Part shown: piece by piece, positions 37,161-49,640 of the stretch
Layout: each line of letters starts with the position of its first letter
Position numbering within the stretch: position 1 is the stretch's first letter
Source: Podarcis gaigeae
Taxonomy: Eukaryota
NCBI GenBank assembly: GCA_964106915.2
Contig: OZ066927.1
DNA length: 64,000 bases
Reading direction: 5' to 3' (one strand)
The notes under the pieces: model-generated
What the model saw: the letters and a program-made list of their open reading frames with translations, nothing else
Told to the model about the DNA's origin: nothing
Databases searched by the model: none
Translations under genes and position numbers: made by a program

Positions 37161-38029
37161 AGAATCAGCTCTCTGTGAATCCCCAAACGAATCTTTTCCA
37201 GTCTCCTACCTGGAGATTTTGGACATCAAACCTGGGACCTTTTGGGTGCAAAGCTCCTGTTCTGTCACCGAGCCACAGGCCTTCACTGAATGTTGCTTCC
37301 ACCCTACTCTGTATAAATGCCTGATCTGTATAAAATGTAGTGGGCGAATCTTCCAGCCTGCCAAGACACATATTGTATGTACCAGAAGGTTCTTATGGCA
37401 ACCAGACAAGCTGCTTCAAAATCAACCCAATAAGTGCAACGTGGGCTTTTACACTTTTGTGTAACAATGCATTTATGTATAAAAATTTTCAGGCACCTCC
37501 ATAGGCGTGATGAGGTGGTTAAAAGATCAGAAGCAGGAAAGCTAGCTTAAGTGATCTTAGACATGCATTGGAGGAGAGAAGCATATCATTTGGAAGGGTG
37601 ACAGTCAACTTCCCCCAACCTGGTGGCCTCCAGATGTTTGGACTACAACTCCCACCAGCCCCAGAGCTGTGTTTGTTGGGGCAGAGGAAAGCGGTATTCT
37701 AAAACATCTGGAAGGCACCAGGTTGGGGAAGAGTGGCTGAACTAAAGCCCATTCTGCTTATTTATTTGATCAAGTTAACAATGTCTCACATCGTATGATG
37801 TGGCCACCTTTATTAATTATTTAATTAAGTGTATTTATATCCCCCTTTCTCCCAAGTTGGTCTTCAAGGCAGCTTACAATTTTTTTTAAAGAAAAGCATA
37901 ATAAAATACAAAGTTAGAAAAACAAACTAGTTAAAAGCAATAGTTAAAATACAGTACACTAAAACACATTTAAAACAAGCATCAAAGTACAGTTTGCCCT
38001 GACAGAAGTAAAATGGTCAGCTTTGTATT

Positions 38030-38146
38030 ATGATCATTCTACCTTGCTGAAGCTAAGGTTTGCCTGGGTCATATCAGTACTTAGATAAGTGATTACCTAG
38101 GAACTCCCTTGTGTGGCACCTTGGGTTCTGTTGAAGAAAAGTGGGA
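38030..38146 (+). mobile_element. Degenerate 5S rRNA-like fragment (SINE3-type)
   Basis: GAAGCTAAG...GGGTC..TCAGTACTTAGATAAGTGATTACCTAGGAA aligns loosely to the 5S internal control region GAAGCTAAGCAGGGTC...TTAGTACTTGGATGGGAGACCGCCTGGGAA. Confidence 0.5.
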
Positions 38147-38342
38147 TAGGAACACAGGATCACGGGAAACGGCTTTATGCCAAATCAGACAATTGGCCAA
38201 ACAAGCTCAGTGTTGTCAACATTGACTGGCAAAGGGTCTTCAGGGTTTCAGGCAAGGCTCTCTCCCAAACCTATCTGGAGATGCAGGGAATTGAACCTGG
38301 GACCTTCTGCCTGCAAAGCAGATGCTCTACCACTGAGCCATC
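38147..38342 (-). mobile_element. Squam2-like SINE
   Basis: Head GGCTCAGTGGTAGAGCATCTGCTTTGCAGGCAGAAGGTCCCAGGTTCAATTCCCTGCATCTCCA resembles tRNA-Ala(TGC). Confidence 0.75.
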
Positions 38343-38594
38343 TACTATCTTCTCTGTAGATTGAGAAGATGACCGGAGGGCAGGCTGGTTTCATGCAAGA
38401 AGTCTTGGTCCCAAGTTGTTGAGGCCATTGTATGCTAACAACAAAACATATGAAGCAATATACCATATTGGACCATTGGTATTGGTATCTAGCTTGGTAT
38501 TGCCCACACTGGGTTGCAGCAGCTCTCCAGGGTTCCAGACGGGAATATTTCCAAGCCCTTTCTGGAGATGCTGGGGACCTTCTACACGGTGTAC

Positions 38595-38690
38595 ATCTAG
38601 TTCCCAGAAGGTCACCCATCCAGGTTCTGACCAGATCCAGGCCTCCAGTAATGTGACATCCTCCTGTGCCTTCAGACCATACTCTGGGAC
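38595..38690 (-). mobile_element. Degenerate 5S rRNA-like fragment (SINE3-type)
   Basis: Minus strand CTGGTCAGAACCTGGATGGGTGACCTTCTGGGAA resembles the 5S box C region. Confidence 0.45.
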
Positions 38691-39471
38691 TTACCATTAT
38701 TTCTGGGATTTATCATAAAATCTGCTTGTGATATCCTAGTAAGTTGACAACAGATGGAGGAGGAACTTTCTGGTTCACCTCTCATCACCATGCAGTACAA
38801 TCTCATGCATAATTACTTTCGGAAATAGATCTAACAGTTTCCTGGGGGATTTACTTCTGAGTAAGTGTGTTCAGAATTGTGGTCTTGGCTACTTCATGAT
38901 GTGAAGTCTTCTTGTTGATGAAGATAATCTACTTATATAAAACAAATAAGGATGCCAGTTAAAGTTATTTTTCCCATTTATCCTAGGAATTCCTGAGGAT
39001 GGTTCTAATGGAAAGGCCACATGTTTTCTAGAAAAAAGGAAGAAAGCAAGCACAAAGAACTGTTGACAGACTTGCCCAGGGGAGCATTTTCTCCACATGG
39101 TATAGAAATCTGCCCCACCTTCATGTGCAGAAGGTAACGTTTGCACAGGTTACACATCTTTGTGTATGTGTGTACGTAGAGGAGAAAGACTGCATGAATC
39201 AAATTTGTGGACCATATAGGCATATGCAAAGAACACACGAGGCCATGCAGATGTTCAGAATCCATGTTAATGAAGGCATGGGGAGAAGGGATTGTGCCTT
39301 TTGTGCAAGTTCCTGGTGAGCACGTATTTGTCCGAAAGCCTGACTGCTGCACTAAATGCACACAAGCTCTCTCTGAGCAACCAAGAACCTTGCAGAAGGC
39401 AGTGCCCTCAGTTGCACATATAGTAGGACATTATGTGGATGCAGGATGTGTGATCCCATCCACCTCACATG

Positions 39472-39600
39472 CATAAGAACATAAGAAGAGTCTGCTGGAC
39501 TAATCTAGTCCAGCCAATGACTAGTCTAGTCCAGCCAATGACTAGTCTAGTCCAGCATCCTGTTCTCACAGTGGCCTGTGGGAAATCAGCAAGCAGGACC
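39472..39600 (-). mobile_element. CR1 3' tail with internal 21-bp tandem repeat
   Basis: CATAAGAACATAAGAAG tail; CTAGTCCAGCCAATGACTAGT x~2.5 at 39505-39555; CATCCTGTTCTCACAGTGGCC. Confidence 0.7.
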
Positions 39601-39883
39601 TGACTAGGTGACGTTGGGTTGGTCACTACCTCTCTGCTTAACCCTACCTCATAGGGTTGTTGCACAGATGAAAAATAAATGGGAGAGAAGAACCATGTAC
39701 ACCGCTTTGAGCTCATTAAAGGAAATGTGGCATATAATTGTGATTCACAAATAAAAGGAAAAGAGCCTTCAACAATGAGCCCACACATTGCTCAAGAGTG
39801 TCCCTAGTTTCTTAAGTAAAATCCCCATTGAGCACGGAGGGATTTATTTCAATGTAAACATGTAGTGCATCAGGCTACCTAAG

Positions 39884-40095
39884 ACCAGAAGAAGAGCTCT
39901 GCTGGATCAGGCCAAAGCCCATTTAGTCCAACACCCTGTTCTCAAAGCGGCCAGTCAGAAGCCACAATGGGAAAGTCCACAAGCAGGACTGAGGGCAGCC
40001 CTCCCATGGTTCCCAACAACTGGTTTTCAGAGGCATACTGCCTCCAACACAGTAGGTAGAACATAGCCTGGAGGCTAGTAACCATTGATAGCCTG
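39884..40095 (-). mobile_element. CR1 3' UTR fragment
   Basis: GAAGAGCTCTGCTGGATCAGGCC...CCTGTTCTCA...TTCAGAGGCATACTGCCTC...GCTAGTAACCATTGATAGCC. Confidence 0.7.
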
Positions 40096-41948
40096 AGTGG
40101 GAGAGGATATCAAAAGACAGATCAAGGGAAGGAAGAAAAGGAAAGAAGAGAGAAGAAAAGAAAAAGGAAGTCATGGTGTACGTGGGGGGTGTCTTCTTCC
40201 AAAGTACTTGACCCACCCAGACAATTTTCCATGTCTAGTTTCCTCTGCTAACAAACTAACAAACTCCAAATGACCCCATTTAAATTCTGAGGGGTATTTG
40301 GCAAAACACACACAGCCATTTTGCGCCCATCTTGTTTGCCCACCATGAGGATCCCAGAGCATAATCCATCTTTAAATATTATGGGTCTAATTTGACTGAG
40401 CAATATTTGTTCGCGCGTTGGCAGCTAATGTAAGGAAAACAAAAAAGGGGGAATCCCGGGAGTTGTACAGTTGGGATCTGCGTGGCCACATTAACCTCGA
40501 GTCGCTTCCTGTAGTGGAGTCGGAGCTTAGGACTCAAGTGCCGCTTGACAGATGTGTGTTAAAAATGGATAAACTAGGAAGGGAAGGTTTTGAATTCTCG
40601 ACACTCATCTTAACCTTACGCTACTAGTAAATCACAGTGTTCCAGAGGCCTCGTTTCAGATATCGCCTTACAATATATTTTGCATCTTTCTCCTCCCGCC
40701 CTCCACCCACTAAAATGGAGCGTCATGATGAATGGACACAGCAGGGTTTGGTGCGCTGTCTCAGTGATCGCAACTGTACAGGTTAGTGGCTGAATTCCAC
40801 AATTTAATTTCTCCCAGCTTTTCATTTTAGTCCTGTTTGAAACCAGAAAGAAAAGCCACCCCCACAAAACCAGCATTTTTCTCCCAGCACAGTGTATGAA
40901 GGGTGCAATTTCACATTTTAGTTCTTATCAAATTTAAATGGTGCTTTGGATGTAGTCAAAATTAAATGCCCTGAAAGCAGTATATTTTAATTCCCCTGCT
41001 TCATATTTCATCATAGGCATTCACTCCTTCTTGGTTGCAATCCATCACCTGAAGTGCTGGCCTACCTCACAGTGTTGCTGTTCATAACAAAAACAAGAAT
41101 AATCATGTACAGCAGAATCTTGTGCATTTTTTACTTACATGCAAGTCTCATTGTGTCCAGTTGGGCTTACTCCCAGATAGCTGTGCAGGTAACCCTAAGA
41201 CTAGTGTTGCAAATTGCAGGGTGATGGCAATTTAAAACACTGCAACTGTTTCAAAACTGCAGTTGAAAACTGCAGGTGATGTGTTCAGCGGTAAATTCAC
41301 CCTTTTGCAGCAACCCAGTATCTGATGGCTTCATACTACTACATATTACAGAGGAGAAATTGAGAATGAGACAGAAAGGTTTGCTACTTAAGGCCTCGCA
41401 AATTAGATAATGCCTGTGTGACACTCAATAATAAGGACCTCTTGACTTACAGCTCTCATTTGAACCCTGGGCACTTCACTCTATGTCTAACCCTCTGCCC
41501 ATTAGGCCACATTGTTTCAGTTTTAGAAACTTAATGTTTCCCAGGTCTTGTTCAAGTTAGGGAAAAACGTCGTCACACTTGAGTGGGGAAAAGGCTGGCA
41601 GGAGTTGCTAATTAAATGGACAGAGAGAATTAATTATTTCTTTTTTTTAAAAAAAGAGTACAATCTAGTCTCCCATTTTCACTTCTAGTGGAACCTTCAG
41701 TGAAGGCGTCTCCAAGTCTCCGGTGATGCCCAAGAGTGTTTAGATGGAGGGTCTAGATGGAGACACCTATTGAAATGTGTCTGAAGAAGATTAATAGGAC
41801 TTGTCAGTGTTGGGAAAAGCGCTGCTTTGCGGTAAATTTCTACCAGGAGAAGATGAATTACCGATGAATGCCGAGTTATCAACCCCATCACTATCATTCG
41901 ACACTAAATCAAATTGAGCAGTTATCTGCAATCAGAATTCCCCCCTCT

Positions 41949-41992
<44 letters not shown>

Positions 41993-42266
41993 GCAATGCA
42001 CACCTTTCGACTTAAGCCCTTTAAATATAGAAACACATGGGGCAGAACAATTCTTTCTCTGCCTCGTGCATGAAGTAAAGGGGAGCTTTTTTAAAATACA
42101 GAAGGGGTCCTTTCAGAGATGGATACCCCAGGAAAGGGAAGAGAGAGAGAGAGAGATAGAGAGAGGCCCCCACTCTCTACTGAAATGTGTGTGTGTATGT
42201 GTTTTGCAGATGCATTCTGCATTCTGTAACTGGTCACATCTGCAGCATACCTTTAAAGCACATAAC

Positions 42267-42421
42267 TTTCCCTTAAAGATGCCTGGGAACTGTAGTTTGT
42301 TAAGGATGCTGGGTACTATATCTCTGTGAGGGGTCAACTACCATTCCCAGGATTCCCCTCACAGAGACACAGTACTCAGCATCCTTAACAAACTACAGTT
42401 CCCAGGCATCTTTGAGGGAAA
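42267..42421. repeat. Long inverted repeat (67-bp arms, 4 mismatches, 21-nt loop), MITE-derived
   Basis: Arm 42267-42333 matches the reverse complement of 42355-42421. Contains the GGGAACTGTAGTT motif related to the short fold-back elements at 37033 and 37610. Confidence 0.9.
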
Positions 42422-42467
42422 AGTGTTTGTGTGTGTGTGTGTATATAATATATATATTTATATTGCA

Positions 42468-42818
42468 GGGACGCGGGTGACGCTGTGGGTTAAACCACAA
42501 AGCCTAGGACTTGCTGATCAGAAGGTCGGCGGTTTGAATCCCTGTGACGGGGTGAGCTCCTGTTGCTCGGTCCCTGCTCCTGCCAACCTAGCAGTGTGAA
42601 AGCATGTCAAAGTGCAAGTAGATAAATAGGTACTGCTCTGGCGGGAAGGTAAACGGCGTTTCCGTGCGCTGCTCTGGTTCACCAGAAGCGGCTTAGTCAT
42701 GCTGGCCACAGGACCTGGAAGCTGTATGCCAGCTCCCTTGACCAATAAAGCGAGATGAGTGCTGCAACCCCAGAGTTGGTCACGACTGGACCTAATGGTC
42801 AGGGGTCCCTTTACCTTT
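42468..42818 (+). mobile_element. Sauria/Squam1 SINE, full length
   Basis: GGGACGCGGGTGACGCTGTGGGTTAAA head, ...GGGGTCCCTTTACCTTT tail. About 15-bp TSD TATAT(T/A)TATATTGCA at 42453-42467 and 42822-42836. Confidence 0.9.
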
Positions 42819-43044
42819 AACTATATATATATTGCAGATATATGTGACCATTGGCACAACAATGGATCAGTAGCAGCAAATTCATACTGGTCTGTGCGCA
42901 CAGCAATCTGTTTTATTAGTTGTTAGTTGCCATCTGGAGGGGCACTATTGTGCTATAGCACAATCACAGTGGAAACCACCACAAAAACCACATTTGTTGT
43001 ATAAGTTCCTCCTTGGATGTCCTTTTCATGGTGAATTCATGCTG

Positions 43045-43690
43045 AGTTTTATTTTATTTATCAAATATGTATTGGATGTTATTCATAAAAAGTATACAAA
43101 AAATATACTTAAAAAACATACAGTAAAAACTATACAAACAATTAAAAACCATAAATCAGTTAATTATCGTGGAAAGATGTATTCTCAATAGCCCTCATAA
43201 CCCTGACAGAATACAAAAGTTTTTCAGCAGGCATTTAAAAGTTGAAACAGAAGGCTCCTGCTGAATCCCTTTTGGAAGAGTATTCCGCAATACTGAGTTG
43301 ATGACACTAAAAGCTTAGTTTCTTCTTGTTGTCAAATGAGCCTTGCCAGCTTGGCAAATGACCAATGATGCTCCTGTAGAGAATCTTAGTGACTCAGTGA
43401 CAAGGCTCTGGTGGTCCTTGAGGTACCCTGGACCTAAGTTGTTCAGGGCTTTATAAATCCATACAAGAACCTGGAATCTGGCTCAGTAGAAGACAGGCAG
43501 TCAGTGCAGATGCTTTAACGATGGTGTGACATGCTGTTGACTAAACGTACCCATCGGCAATTTCGCGTCCACATTCTGCACCAGCATGAGCTTCCAAACC
43601 AGACCCAAGTGCAGTCTCACATAGAGGGCATTGCACTAATCCAACATCGAGGTTAGCAACATATGAACTACAATGGTTAGGCTCTCCCTG
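43045..43690 (-). mobile_element. L2 LINE 3' fragment (decayed ORF2 C-terminus)
   Basis: Minus-strand translation near 43680-43570 gives TIVVHMLLTSMLD*CNALYVRLHLGLVWKLMLVQNV, like the L2 motif SRLDYCNALY...KLQLVQN; AATAA-repeat tail. Confidence 0.75.
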
Positions 43691-43725
43691 AGTCAAGCAT
43701 TTCAACCCTCTCCCTGTAGCTTGTA

Positions 43726-43954
43726 CAGTGGTACCTCAGGTTACATATACTTCAGGTTACATACTCCGCTAATCCAGAAATAGTGCTTCAGGTTAAGAAT
43801 TTTGCTTCATGCTGAGAACAGAAATCGTGCTCCGGTGGCGCAGCAGCAGCAGCAGGAGGCCCCATTAGCTAAAGTGGTGCTTCAGGTTAAGAACAGTTTC
43901 AGGTTAAGAACGGACCTCCGGAACGAATTAAGTATTTAACCCGAGGTACCACTG
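43726..43954 (+). mobile_element. Tc1/mariner (pogo/Tigger-like) MITE
   Basis: TIR CAGTGGTACCTC...GAGGTACCACTG, TA TSD on both sides, internal CTTCAGGTTA repeats. Confidence 0.9.
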
Positions 43955-45059
43955 TACCTGCAATTTTTTTTGGGATGGACATTCTGCTTTGTTTCCAATC
44001 GGTTCATGTCCCATAGCTCCCTGCTGAAATCCTGCAACTTTCCCTACTGCAAACATCCTTTCTCTGTTATTGTTGTTGCCCTGCTGTTGTGGTGCTATAT
44101 AGCACAAGAGGGACCTTCCAGATGGCAATAATGTGGTAACACTGGGAGCACTGCAGAACAAGTAAGAAAGTGGTACGATATCTGGATGGTCTGGTATAAA
44201 TCCACCATGAATGCATTGATTTATCTACCGTTCACTATTGTATCAAGAACATGTTGCAGAACACACCTGCAAAAAGACTCCAGTCTGAAGGGGTCATCTG
44301 CCATGACATCTCATTCCAAAAGTAACTGTCTTTGCAAATTCTCCATCAACAGCCACATGCCGTTTCTGCCCATTTCAGAGAATAATATGTACTAAAGAGA
44401 GCCTTATTGTATCAGAAGAATGATCCATTTGGTTCAGTATTGTTGAGGTTTTGTGAACACTGTATCCAGAAAACACATTCAAAGCACATTCTTTCCCTCA
44501 AAGAATTCTGGGCCCTGCACCTTACCCCTTGCAGAGTTACAATGCCTATCAACCCTTAACAAAATACAATGCTCAGAATTCTCTGAGGGAAACTATGTGT
44601 TTCAAAAGTGCCTTAAAGTTATAGTGTGTACGCAAGCTTGAGCATGGAAGCATAAAAGGCCAATAGGCATTGATAGACCTCTCCAGTGTCATGAATTCAT
44701 GTCGGCTCCTTCTTAAAGTTGCCTAAGCCAGTAGCCACGATCAAATCCCACAAGCTAATTGCATGTCGTGTGAAAAAGTACCTTCTTTTTCTCTGTCCTG
44801 AATCAACTGCCAGTTAATTTTGTCAGATGACCGCAAATTCTAGGGTAATGAGAGAGGGCAAATGAATTAATCTCTCTCTACAAATCCACAGTTGGTTTAA
44901 ACTGCTGACAGTATAATACAGCATGATGGCTAAGATTTCATGGCCTCCCTTCTGATAATGCAGCACAGCTGGGCTAGGTAAACAAGTTTGAAAAGGCGCT
45001 ACAGACATAACTAGACATTGAAGAGGGTGTGCTCATATACCAGCCTATTAAGTAATTTA

Positions 45060-45150
45060 GGCTGCAATTCTGTACTCAGTTGCCTGGGAGCAAACCCCAT
45101 TGAACAAAGTGGGACTTACTTGTGATGAAACATGTGGAAGATTGCACTGC
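45060..45150. mobile_element. ~85-bp palindromic MITE-like repeat (other copies at ~5023, 10301, 25755, 29696, 38795, 39800, 41110)
   Basis: GGCTGCAATTCTG...CCCATTGAACAAAGTGGGACTTACT...GATTGCACT. Copies share GCAATCC/GGA(C/T)TGCAG ends and a central CCCATTG..TGGG hairpin. Confidence 0.6.
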
Positions 45151-47080
45151 ACATCCAGTTAGACAGGTCCTTGTCTCGAGGAGCTTACAATCTATAAGGC
45201 TTAACAACAATGGAGGGGAGGGAAAGGTAACACAAGCTCAGAAAGACCTCTCTCTGGAAGTCTAGAAAGCTGCTACCAGTCAGTTTAGAACATTGGCAGC
45301 CAATGTGGTTGTTGGACTCTAACTCCCATCAGCCCCAGACACTGTGGCTTGTGGTCAGGAATAATGAAAACCGGAGACCCGTCAAATCTGAAGGGCACCA
45401 GCAGCCCACTGGCTACTCATGGTGTACAAAATGCCAAGCTAGATGGATCAGTCATCTGAATTGGTATGTCAGTTTCGTACATTTGTGGACTGGATTTATC
45501 TAAGCCTCTTTTAAAGCTATCCTAGCTAGTGGAAGGGTTCATATTGACTGAGAAAGATGGGATGCAAATGCTTTCAATAAACAAGCAAACAAATGAATAA
45601 TGATTTGGGGGTGGGGGGAGGATGAGAAGCAACCGGTACCTTTCTGAGTTGGCTGTTCCTGGCCTAGACATTGGTGTTGAGATGGGTGAGTCTGTCAATT
45701 TCTGTTTATCGCAGTTTCTCCTTTTCTCTATTTGCAATTCTTTTAAGAAAAGTCCTAATGAAAATCAGCCAGCATTTTAGTGTGAATTTTTCCTAATATT
45801 CAGAGACTTGTATGCAATTCCCTCTAATATATACATCTTTCAATGTGATTTTCTGTGTTTTAATGCATAGTGTGTGCTATTTCCAGTAATATATACATTT
45901 TAATGCACTCTTTGCCATAGTATATGCATTTTTGCCCCCGTTATTTAGATAGCGAACTGCATCACATCATTTGAAAAGGTGTGAATTTAAAAGGAGGGCT
46001 GTGTTTCAGTTTACATATTATTTTGGGACATGCAGCTTAGGTATATTTACTTTTATGTGCAAACAGAACCACATTTCTCCTCTCCCCTAGTTAGGTGCAT
46101 CAAGTAGGTTAACATTTGACCCTAGATTTTACTGGCTTAAATGTATTCAGCTGTTCCCTTGTCTGCTATTCTCAATTTCTGAATAGCCCAACCAAACTAT
46201 GATGCACATCTGCCAGGTTCTACAGCTAGATCATCGCTGTTTTTTTTTTTTTTTTGGAAAGGGATTCAATTCTTAGAAAGGACAGTATGTTCCCTCAAAA
46301 GAGAAAAATGATTTATTTCAAAAGCCAGGTTCTTTCAATAGGCCTTTGACAGTTAGGACCGAGAAGTGTACCCAAAAAGTGGAATAATGCACCATTCAGA
46401 ATTTTAATAGTCTTCCAGAAGCTAGTTCAGGGACAGCACCAGAGAATTACGAAGCATGGGACATGATCCATAAAGTCCATTTGGCGAGCATGATGTGCCA
46501 ATCTCTATTTATTACAACCACCCTCTGATGCATCTACAACACAAATGGCCAGATTTATATGCTCTAATGGTCCCACAATAAGAAAAACATGTGGTCTTTA
46601 TCTCCCCTTTCTGCCCAAAAGAATCCCTCCACATACTTTCTGGGCATTGCCTTGTCTGGGTTTAATCACAGGGGAGCAAAAACGAGCATTATTAAAAAAT
46701 AAACATATTTTCAGAAGCAATCAAAGGGTTGGAAGATTGATTCAGCATGGAGACAGGACATAATGGGAAGCAGGTTCCCTCTAATAAGGACTACTGGGAT
46801 GCAAAGGCAGGCAGGCAGAGCCACCCATTTAAAAAGTTACGGCAATTCTGCTCAGCAGTAGGTTGTTTGCTTGCTATCAGTTTCTCTGTTTAGCAGCGGG
46901 GGGACCTGGGTGGAATCTACACACATATAAAAATGCTGTGAAAATGCTTTTTAAAAAAACGTTTTGAAAAATATATTGAATTTGCTATAGCTCACCATCA
47001 CCATCTAGTGTCACATTTGTATATTGCACTTTATAACACACTTAAAAATTTTTATTTGCAGCTGTGTAGCTGAGTCCTGT

Positions 47081-47438
47081 GGGACGCGGGTGGCGCTGTG
47101 GGTTAAACCACAGAGCCTAGGGCTTGCAGATCAGAAGGTCAGAGGTTCGAATCCCCATGACGGAGTGAGCTCCCGTTGCTTGGTCCTAGCTCCTGCCAAC
47201 CTAGCAGTTCAAAAGCACGTCAGAGTGCAAATAGATAAATAGGTACCACTCTGGCAGGAAGGTAAACGGCGTTTCCGTGCGCTGCTCTGGTTTGCCAGAA
47301 GCGGCTTAGTCATGCTGACCACATAACCCGGAAGCTGTACACCGGCTCCCTTGGCCAGTAAAGCGAGATGAGCGCCGCAACCCCAGAGTCGGTCACGACT
47401 GGACCTAATGGTCAGGGGTCCCTTTACCTTTACCTTTT
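47081..47438 (+). mobile_element. Sauria/Squam1 SINE, full length
   Basis: Same family as 42468, with B box GGTTCGAATCC and (ACCTTT)n tail. Perfect 13-bp TSD TAGCTGAGTCCTG at 47067-47079 and 47439-47451. Confidence 0.92.
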
Positions 47439-47699
47439 TAGCTGAGTCCTGGGTGTGGAGAACCTCAGGCTTTGGGGCAAAATTTGGTCCTCAAGACTTC
47501 TCCATCTGGTCCTTAGGGCTTTTCATAGACCACATCCTCTCCCTAATCACACACACCATTGCCAACCACACTTCTGCCTTGCACCCTCCTTGGGTGTTTT
47601 TGCTTGGCTGTGTTCTTAGACTCTGATGATGCCTCTTACTTGTCTGAATGGAAAATAGAATGTGTGTAGAAACCAGCCTATTTTTTCATGTCACAAAAT

Positions 47700-48530
47700 G
47701 TATAGATTGTATCAAAACCTCAAAGCAGTTTTTAAAAAAAGAATAAAACAATAAAATTATCATTAAAGAACAGTTAAGTGCAACTATTTAAAACATTCAA
47801 AAATGATTGAAATCACCAGTAAGCTAAAAATCAGGTTTGAAATATAAGTCAACATTCTATATGTCTGGATAGAGAAGGTGCCTTGCCTGATGTGAATAGG
47901 CAGGGAGTCCAAAGTTTGGGTGATGTTACACTAAGATATCAGTTTCTTACAAGTACAGAATGTGTATTATGTTGCACTTATGAACAATGCTAGTGTCACA
48001 GAATGAAGCAATCATGGCGGCATATATGTGGGGATTTTTTGAATTAATTTTTATTAAGTTTTCCATTTTTCCAATATTAAAGCATAACAAAAACATAATT
48101 CACAGTTCCGAAATTTCCCCATTCCCCCCCAGACTTCCCTCAACCTCCCTCTCTGGTTTATTTCAAAATCATATCATTTCCTGCATATTCCATTTTTCAC
48201 CCATTTTTTTTGTACTTTTACTGTAGATTATATGATTTTTGCTAATTGTAAATGATTATTCAAAACCTGCTAATGAGTCCAATTCTTTGCATTGATTCTT
48301 TATGTAGGCCAAAAATGGTTCCCATTCTTTCTTAAATGTTTTTTTTATCCTTATTTCAAAGTCTTTCAGTTAGTTTTGCCATTTTGGCATATTCCATAAG
48401 GTTTTTCTTGCCATTCTTCTTTGGTTGGTATTTTATCGTTTTCCCATCTTTGTGCCAGTAGCATCCTTGCCGCAGTTGTAGCAAACGTGGGGGCCTATAT
48501 GTGATAAGGCGACCTTGAACCGAGATTACT
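47700..48530 (-). mobile_element. L2 3' fragment interrupted by an L1-like 3' end (about 48035-48483)
   Basis: Inner piece reads ATTAARMLLAQRWENDKIPTKEEW and LMEYAKMAKLT on the minus strand, with a T-rich end at 48035. Outer piece resembles the L2 fragment at 43045. Confidence 0.6.
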
Positions 48531-49214
48531 GATAAGGTAGGTCTCTGAACTTACAGTACACAGGTAATATCTGCATTCATTGCTCTCCTCCTTTTTGCCT
48601 CTGGCCCAACCAACCCTAGCATGTGGCACTCAGGTTGAAAAAGCCCCCTCACCCCTGCTTTAGCAAAACAATTCATTGTTTATATGCACATAGAGCAGAT
48701 GCAGAGAAGTTGTAGTGTGGATTTACACATGCATTTAAACCACATTTAGCTGTTATAGATCCAACGTAGAGCAACACAGGAATGGAACTGCATAAAGCAG
48801 CCACACTCTCTGTTGTCATCTGCACACACAGTGGGGATGTCTGCAGGCAGGGGCTCAATGTATATGAAAGCTTCTGTGCTCCCCAGAACCCCAACCATGC
48901 TGGGTCCATACAAAGGCTTTCAGCAATTACATGCAACTTCAGGTTTTATGCTATACATGGATTTCTGGGGGCAGGGCTGCTCAATGCACTTGGTGGCAAG
49001 GGCATGGCTGCTCAGCTCAGCCATCCTCTCCTCCAGTGGTGAACCTGAACAGGACTATATTTTACTCATTTTTAAAATACTTGAACACTGTATACTTGAT
49101 GACTTCCAATTGAAAGGCGAAGTAGATAGGACCTGTGTATTTAAACGCAGATTGATCATTTTTTAAATTGACCATCTAAAAATGTGCAATCAGTGCAGAT
49201 GACAACAACAACAA

Positions 49215-49480
49215 CAACAACATCTGGGCGGCTTCCAACAGAATACTAAAAATATGATATAACATCAAATATCAAAAACTTCCCTAAACAGAGCTGCCTT
49301 CATATGTCTTCTAAAAGTCAGATAGTTGTTTATTTCCTTGACATCTGATGGGAGGGCGTTCCACAGGGCGGGTGCCACTGCCTGGTTCCCTGTAACCTCA
49401 CTTCCCTGTAACCTCGCGCCAGAAGGCCCTTGGAGCCGGACCTCAGTGTCTGGGCTGAACAATGGGAGAAAGCTGCATGA
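49215..49480 (-). mobile_element. L2 LINE extreme 3' fragment
   Basis: ORF 49265-49504 contains APALWNALPSDVKEINNYLTFRRHMKAALFREVF, the typical L2 ORF2 C-terminus. Confidence 0.8.
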
Positions 49481-49489
49481 CATCAAGCA

Positions 49490-49640
49490 AGACCATTGAT
49501 TCATCTCACAGTATCATCTGCACTAACGGGCAGCAGTTGTCCAGGATTTCAAACAGGGGACATTCCCAGTCCTACTTGGAGTTGCTAGGGATTGAACTCA
49601 GGACCTTCTGCATGAATCTATCACCGAGCTATGACCCTTT
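49490..49640 (-). mobile_element. Squam2-like SINE, degenerate
   Basis: GGGATTGAACTCAGGACCTTCTGCATG...CACCGAGCTATGACCC matches the family head in reverse. Confidence 0.6.

Noticed and set aside
38030-38110. 5S rRNA gene
   Set aside because: Only partial, heavily diverged similarity; treated as a SINE3-type fragment.
38270-38342. tRNA-Ala-like sequence as a tRNA gene
   Set aside because: It is the head of a multi-copy SINE with body and tail attached, and the acceptor stem is degenerate.
39505-39555. Short direct repeats resembling a CRISPR-like array
   Set aside because: A simple 21-bp tandem duplication inside a CR1 tail in eukaryotic DNA, with no unique spacers.
42928-44128. CTCF-like CC(T/C)TCCAGATGGCAA motifs in inverted orientation at ~42928 and ~44113, and CACTAGATGGTG at ~47000
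   Set aside because: They appear to lie in or at the ends of short repeat elements; a motif match alone cannot support insulator function.
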